Notes under the pieces: generated by a model
The model's input: the letters and a program-made list of their open reading frames with translations, nothing else
The model's database searches: none
What the model was told of the DNA's origin: nothing
Made by a program: the position numbers and the translations under genes
Source of the DNA: Methanocaldococcus jannaschii DSM 2661
GTDB taxonomy: Archaea; AGJL01; Methanococci; Methanococcales; Methanocaldococcaceae
DNA: 32,000 bases
Assembly (NCBI RefSeq): GCF_000091665.1
Contig: NC_000909.1
Coordinates: 291,996 to 323,995 of the forward strand
Direction: 5' to 3'
In this document: positions 27,622-32,000 of the stretch, piece by piece
How positions within the stretch are numbered: the first letter of the stretch is position 1
Layout: the number at the start of each line of letters is the position of its first letter

Positions 27622-30000
27622 ATGCCCTTTGTTCATTACATTGATGAAGAAAATTTCGATGATAAATTAAAAGAATGGACACTTGGTTTGAACAGTGATT
27701 ATGTGAATCCTTATGATTCTGGTGAGACACAATACATTAACAGTAATTACCCCTGGCCAGCCAATATAAACAGTTTATCATCCAAAATATGCGAAATGGG
27801 TCTAATTGAGATGGATGGAGTTGAAATTAGGAGTGTTCCACTTCACTGGGTATCTACAGTATCAGTTCCAACAGCTCCAAGTTCATCCTTTGTTTTCAAT
27901 ATCCCATCGATGTTCCAGGAATGTATGTATGAATGTCATATTTACAATCTACCACCTGATGCAGGCGTCACTGCTACATATAATGCATATTTTGACAACA
28001 ATTTTCCAATTCCATACAAATACACTCTTACCATACAAACATCTGCTGATGATATGTTTAATAATCAAGATTACAAAATTTGGATGAATGGAACATGGGG
28101 GCCGAGTTTTCATATACCTGAAAGTGGGACTAAAATCCTTGAGTTTCCAATTAAGTATGGAAAATTGAATATATCATTTGGTATCTCTGGAAGTTCTCTC
28201 ACTGTAACTCTAATGTGGATTATTGAGAATAACAATATAAACGACTTCTTTGACCCAGATACGGAGGATTATTGGCAATTGATAGGGCGGAACATCAACA
28301 TTGTCTTTGGTAACTTCCTACCAAAACACTTCCCAAGAGGTTACATCAATCCAATTCAAAACCGAACATATTTGGAGAAAAGAATACTTAACACTGGTGA
28401 TGCGAGTAACCCAACCACAATAGAATACCTTTGGGGGTCTGTAACTCTTCTTCCTGATTTAGAAAGTTGGCAGTTTTATGACGATAAGGGTAACTCTGTA
28501 GATTCAAAATATGCCACAATCAGTGATGATGGATATGTTAGTATTTATTATGAGGAAATGATAAAAGATGGCTACTTCCCAAAGGCAATATATCTCTGGA
28601 CTGTTCATAAAGAGTCATATCTTGAAGCTGAACCAAGCATTGGAACCTTTGAACGTAATGAAGAATCTGGGGTGTCAGAAAGATGTGATTTTGACATTAT
28701 CGCATTCAAAAAGAAATATACGGGCAACTTATTAACTTGCGTTCCTCTTATTGTGTATTTTAGACCTTGTGAAGTTCCATTGGGAGATATTAACAAATGG
28801 GGCTGGCAACCATACATTTACTACTTTGACACTTACAACGTCAAACCATACTGTGAAAAGTTCATCGTAAGACCCAAGTGTATATGTTATAGGAATTCCG
28901 ACCCAAATGAAAAAACAATCACATTCGACATAGAATATGAGATAAATGTGGATACTAAATACTTGGGTTGGTTCCAACCTGAACTTAGATTATATTATGG
29001 CGGTGTTTTAGTAGATTCAAAAACTGGAGATGTAAGCAATTTCACTTACACATTTAGAATGCCACAAAATACCATTGAAACTTATGAAATGAAACTTTTT
29101 ATTGGAGGAGTTGAGGTTGCGAAAGAACAAATAATAGTTGAAAGACAAAAATACTGTCATAGTTTATCAATTGAAGCAAAAACTTATGACAAAGAAGGAA
29201 ATGAAACTGATAAATTCCCACATCCAACGAGTGCAGATTATGATGAAAATAAACACTCTGAAATAATTGTTAAAATAAAAATAAAAGATGAGCAAGGCAA
29301 TTATATTGATGTTCCAATTGAAAACATATTTATTAATTGGCAATATCCTCTGAATAAAATAAACACTGGAATTTATGAAGTAAGAATACCAAACACTGCC
29401 GATAATGCACTGAATATTCAAGATTATGGAATTGCAATCTATATAGACAAAGATTGGTGCGATGAAAACGGCTATTACAACAAATACAACATTGAAGCCG
29501 AAAATGTAATAATAAATAGCGACAAAATAGAAAGAATTGGTTTGTGGAACTTTGAAGGAATAACTGGCTATGAAAATGGAACCACTTTACTAAATCAGGT
29601 TTATGAAACTGTATCTGGAACATTTGTAAATCCAATATGCGAATTTAGTGTAGTAGAACAACTGAATGAAGACAGGGACTTAAAACAATATAGTTATTGT
29701 TATAGGATTTATGGCAGCCCAATGACGTTAAATTTACCAACTTATACTGATGATGAGTTAAAAGAACTCGCTAAGGCAATAGTTAGAGAAATGGGACAAC
29801 CAAGGAAAATAGAAACCTTCACAATCCTAAGTAAAGAACTTCAAAAAATAAACAGTTCAATTACTGTAGATTATAATGGACAACTAATTTCAATGCCTGT
29901 ATATTCTGTAAGATTCAGTTTAGAAAACTCGAACATTCAAATTCAAATAAGAAACGACCAGTTAAAATTGTTGAAAGATTACTTATCATTAATTAAGTAA
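27622..30000 (+). CDS. Large baseplate/tail protein, possible hub C-terminal half
   Basis: ~792 aa beta-rich protein; ATG 27622 preceded by AGGTGGTAATA; listed ORF starts at GTG 27613. Confidence 0.7.
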   Translation: MPFVHYIDEENFDDKLKEWTLGLNSDYVNPYDSGETQYINSNYPWPANINSLSSKICEMGLIEMDGVEIRSVPLHWVSTVSVPTAPSSSFVFNIPSMFQECMYECHIYNLPPDAGVTATYNAYFDNNFPIPYKYTLTIQTSADDMFNNQDYKIWMNGTWGPSFHIPESGTKILEFPIKYGKLNISFGISGSSLTVTLMWIIENNNINDFFDPDTEDYWQLIGRNINIVFGNFLPKHFPRGYINPIQNRTYLEKRILNTGDASNPTTIEYLWGSVTLLPDLESWQFYDDKGNSVDSKYATISDDGYVSIYYEEMIKDGYFPKAIYLWTVHKESYLEAEPSIGTFERNEESGVSERCDFDIIAFKKKYTGNLLTCVPLIVYFRPCEVPLGDINKWGWQPYIYYFDTYNVKPYCEKFIVRPKCICYRNSDPNEKTITFDIEYEINVDTKYLGWFQPELRLYYGGVLVDSKTGDVSNFTYTFRMPQNTIETYEMKLFIGGVEVAKEQIIVERQKYCHSLSIEAKTYDKEGNETDKFPHPTSADYDENKHSEIIVKIKIKDEQGNYIDVPIENIFINWQYPLNKINTGIYEVRIPNTADNALNIQDYGIAIYIDKDWCDENGYYNKYNIEAENVIINSDKIERIGLWNFEGITGYENGTTLLNQVYETVSGTFVNPICEFSVVEQLNEDRDLKQYSYCYRIYGSPMTLNLPTYTDDELKELAKAIVREMGQPRKIETFTILSKELQKINSSITVDYNGQLISMPVYSVRFSLENSNIQIQIRNDQLKLLKDYLSLIK

Positions 30001-30051
30001 ATTTAAATTAATAAATGTAAATTGGAATAAAAAATAAAAATCAATAAAAAA

Positions 30052-30369
30052 TCACTTAAATCCAAATAATAATTTTATCAACTCTATGGCATTAGGATTA
30101 GTTATAATTATAGCAAATAAGATTATCAAAGTGTGTATAATAAGCTTATATTCTAATTCTTTCTTAACCATTTCAATTTTCCCGTCTAAATATTTAATGT
30201 CTTCCTTTGTAGCCAATTCACCCCTCAACTCATCCTTTAATTCAGTTTTAACTGCAAGTTTTTCCTCTTTAACAATCTCTATAATTGCATTATACAACTC
30301 CTCTGCCTCTTTTTCATCCTTAACCTTTTTAAGTATCAACTCATATAACTTAGCATAGGCAACTGCCAT
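30052..30369 (-). CDS. Coiled-coil protein with C-terminal TM segment (DUF1640-like)
   Basis: 105 aa: LKDELRGELATKEDIKYLDGKIEMVKKELEYKLIIHTLIILFAIIITNPNAIELI. Confidence 0.65.
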   Translation of the reverse strand: MAVAYAKLYELILKKVKDEKEAEELYNAIIEIVKEEKLAVKTELKDELRGELATKEDIKYLDGKIEMVKKELEYKLIIHTLIILFAIIITNPNAIELIKLLFGFK

Positions 30370-30416
30370 AACACCACCACGTAATCATTAATCTCTATTT
30401 TTAAGCTCAAAGTATA

Positions 30417-30683
30417 TTAAAGTTGTTCATTTGGTATCATTTCAACCTTCTCTTTTAAGTCCCTAATCGTCTCTTCATTAAACTTTATCATCTTAATACA
30501 ATTCTCAATCTCAATCTTTAATAACTCTTCTGTTAATTTACAGCCCTTACCTCTAATTAAATATAAAGTTCTCTTATAATCAGCTATTTTATTTCTAAGC
30601 TTTAGATTTTCTCTTTTCAAATGATTTATTTTAATAATCAACTCTATTCTCTCAGTTCTACAACCATGCCTAACTTTTGCCAT
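30417..30683 (-). CDS. Small coiled-coil hypothetical protein
   Basis: 88 aa, basic helical sequence, same strand as neighbours. Confidence 0.6.
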
Positions 30684-30703
30684 AGAATCACCAAAAAAAG
30701 AGT

Positions 30704-31111
30704 TTAAAACTCTGTCAATTTTTTAACACCAACAACCCTTAAATCTTCCATGTGTTCTGGCTTGATGACAACACCAACCTCCCCATCCACAGTAATCACA
30801 GCAGGAAAATCTACATCATAATAACACTGCACATCTTTAATATTATATCCCATTGATTTTAATATTGTCAAAGCCGCATTTACCAAATCAGGAGAATACC
30901 TAACTCCATTTTCAGCCGCATCCATGCAAAACTCAGCAATAATCTTTGTCTTAGATTTCGTAGTCTCTGAATCATTAATATAACATTGGCACCTATTAAC
31001 CAGCAACCTTCTTAATTCAGAGTTCAACCTCACTATTCCAATTGTCCATTTCCCATTTACAACACCAGACTCTAAAACTTCCAACAACTTAGCCCTTATA
31101 TCAGAATTCTC
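30704..31111 (-). CDS. Hypothetical viral protein
   Basis: Listed ORF 30704..31156; [16 protein letters not shown] start (31111) is preceded by a GGAGGTGAAATC ribosome-binding site. Confidence 0.65.
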
Positions 31112-31183
31112 CATGATTTCACCTCCAAAAGTTTTGGGACTCATTTTTTCCACCATATCATCACCAAAAAAATTTTAAAAAAA

Positions 31184-31903
31184 TTAATAAGTGATAATCA
31201 CATACGACTTTCTCTTTTTAGCTTCAGCTATTACCATCTGCAAATACTTTGGCTCAATAATGTGCTTTAGTGCGTTCCTTATCGCCTTTGAAGCTAAGAC
31301 AGTATATTTAAACTCCTCTCCCATTCTACCAGGACTTACCCTTTCAGCAGTACCTACCATAACGATGTTTCTCTTCAAATCCCTGACCCTACACGTTGCT
31401 ATAATTTTTCCATTAACCTCTTGGAAAGTTGGGGGCTCTACCTCAATATTTCCCTGCATCCTCATTGCTTTAACAATTCCTGCCCATGAGAGAATTATCT
31501 TCTCCTTTCCTGTTTTTTTATCAGGATAAGTATATGCCAAAGGTAGATGCTCATTAGCTTCATCCAGTAACATTAAATCCTCATCCAACGAATCCATCTT
31601 TTCAATAACATCATCCAACGAATCAACCTTTTCAGCAGTTTTCTCTAAGACCACCATTGCATTGTTTGATGCCTTAACCTCAATACTATTCCCATTCTTA
31701 TTCATCCTCTCCTCCTCCCTAAGCTTTTTAAATTCATCCTTAAGCTCCAAGGTTTCTAACCATTTGACAAATGCCGCACTTTCATCAATCCAATTATTAT
31801 GCTCCTTTCTGATTTCTTCAACTTGCTTTTTAATCTCCTCAACTTCAATCTCTACACCATACACATTCTTATGAGCCTTTGCAGCTAACTCATACTTGCA
31901 CAT
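31184..31903 (-). CDS. Putative single-strand annealing/recombination protein
   Basis: 239 aa: LSWAGIVKAMRMQGNIEVEPPTFQEVNGKIIATCRVRDLKRNIVMVGTAERVSPGRMGEEFKYTVLASKAIRNALKHIIEPKYLQMVI; ALASKAxRNAL-type pattern. Confidence 0.5.
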   Translation of the reverse strand: MCKYELAAKAHKNVYGVEIEVEEIKKQVEEIRKEHNNWIDESAAFVKWLETLELKDEFKKLREEERMNKNGNSIEVKASNNAMVVLEKTAEKVDSLDDVIEKMDSLDEDLMLLDEANEHLPLAYTYPDKKTGKEKIILSWAGIVKAMRMQGNIEVEPPTFQEVNGKIIATCRVRDLKRNIVMVGTAERVSPGRMGEEFKYTVLASKAIRNALKHIIEPKYLQMVIAEAKKRKSYVIITY

Positions 31904-32000
31904 TCAAATCCCTCCGATTAACTTTCAACATGCCAAAATCCTTTTTCTCTCCCTCCAAAATCTGCCTCCTCAACCTTTTAAACAACTTTTTCCCAACCTT
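31890..32000 (-). CDS. 3' end of an upstream leftward gene, truncated by window edge
   Basis: Open minus frame to the window edge: KVGKKLFKRLRRQILEGEKKDFGMLKVNRRDLNVQV*, overlapping the next gene start. Confidence 0.45.
   Translation of the reverse strand, partial: KVGKKLFKRLRRQILEGEKKDFGMLKVNRRDLNVQV

Larger units (their letters stand above)
12087..32000. mobile_element. Integrated tailed (HK97-fold, siphovirus-like) archaeal provirus, right end outside the window
   Basis: TerS, portal-MuF, TerL, gpG-like, prohead protease, decoration protein, MCP, tail tube, frameshifted chaperone, tape measure, and distal tail genes directly 3' of tRNA-Ser. Confidence 0.95.

Noticed and set aside
27598-27640. 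Possible ribosomal frameshift fusing the two hub-like genes
   Set aside because: The junction has a strong AGGTGGT RBS and ATG at the right spacing and no slippery motif, so translational coupling is the simpler explanation.
31191-31874. Plus-strand ORFs antisense to the putative annealing protein
   Set aside because: Shadow ORFs without RBS or recognisable composition.
12087-32000. Considered whether the provirus carries a new defence or toxin-antitoxin system
   Set aside because: Visible accessory ORFs are small hypotheticals or membrane/coiled-coil proteins; no nuclease-toxin, restriction or retron-like signature could be supported from sequence alone.

Overview
Genomic segment of a Methanocaldococcus-like hyperthermophilic methanogen (M. 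jannaschii-type gene order, by recall). It has two parts. (1) ~1-12.1 kb is conserved core chromosome: spermidine synthase (speE), a probably decaying LAGLIDADG homing-endonuclease gene, AdoMet decarboxylase (speD), pyruvoyl arginine decarboxylase (pdaD), ftr, a DUF211 protein, an EngB-like GTPase, ribosomal protein S10, EF-1alpha, an EF-1A-like paralog with a degenerate G domain, an AzgA/NCS2 purine permease, a NifX-like protein and tRNA-Ser(UGA). (2) ~12.1 kb to the right edge is most of an integrated tailed (siphovirus-like) provirus next to the tRNA-Ser gene. It carries TerS, a portal-MuF fusion, TerL and a Mu gpG-like protein on the minus strand; an XRE-type regulator at a divergent hinge; then prohead protease, decoration protein, HK97-type major capsid protein, connectors, tail tube, tail chaperone, tape measure and distal tail/hub genes on the plus strand; and a leftward cluster containing a possible single-strand-annealing protein. 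It resembles the class of provirus known from Methanocaldococcus fervens (MFTV1), so the element itself may not be new. The most interesting internal signals are: a probable +1 programmed ribosomal frameshift (TCC.TTT.CGC, ~21749) making an archaeal gpG-gpGT-like tail-assembly chaperone; a compact divergent promoter with a TTTCA-N6-TGAAA palindrome between two TATA boxes; a membrane-protein gene between the chaperone and the tape measure; a tail hub apparently split over two genes; and a packaging module inverted relative to the rest of the head/tail module. No CRISPR array, integrase or obvious defence system is visible in this window.
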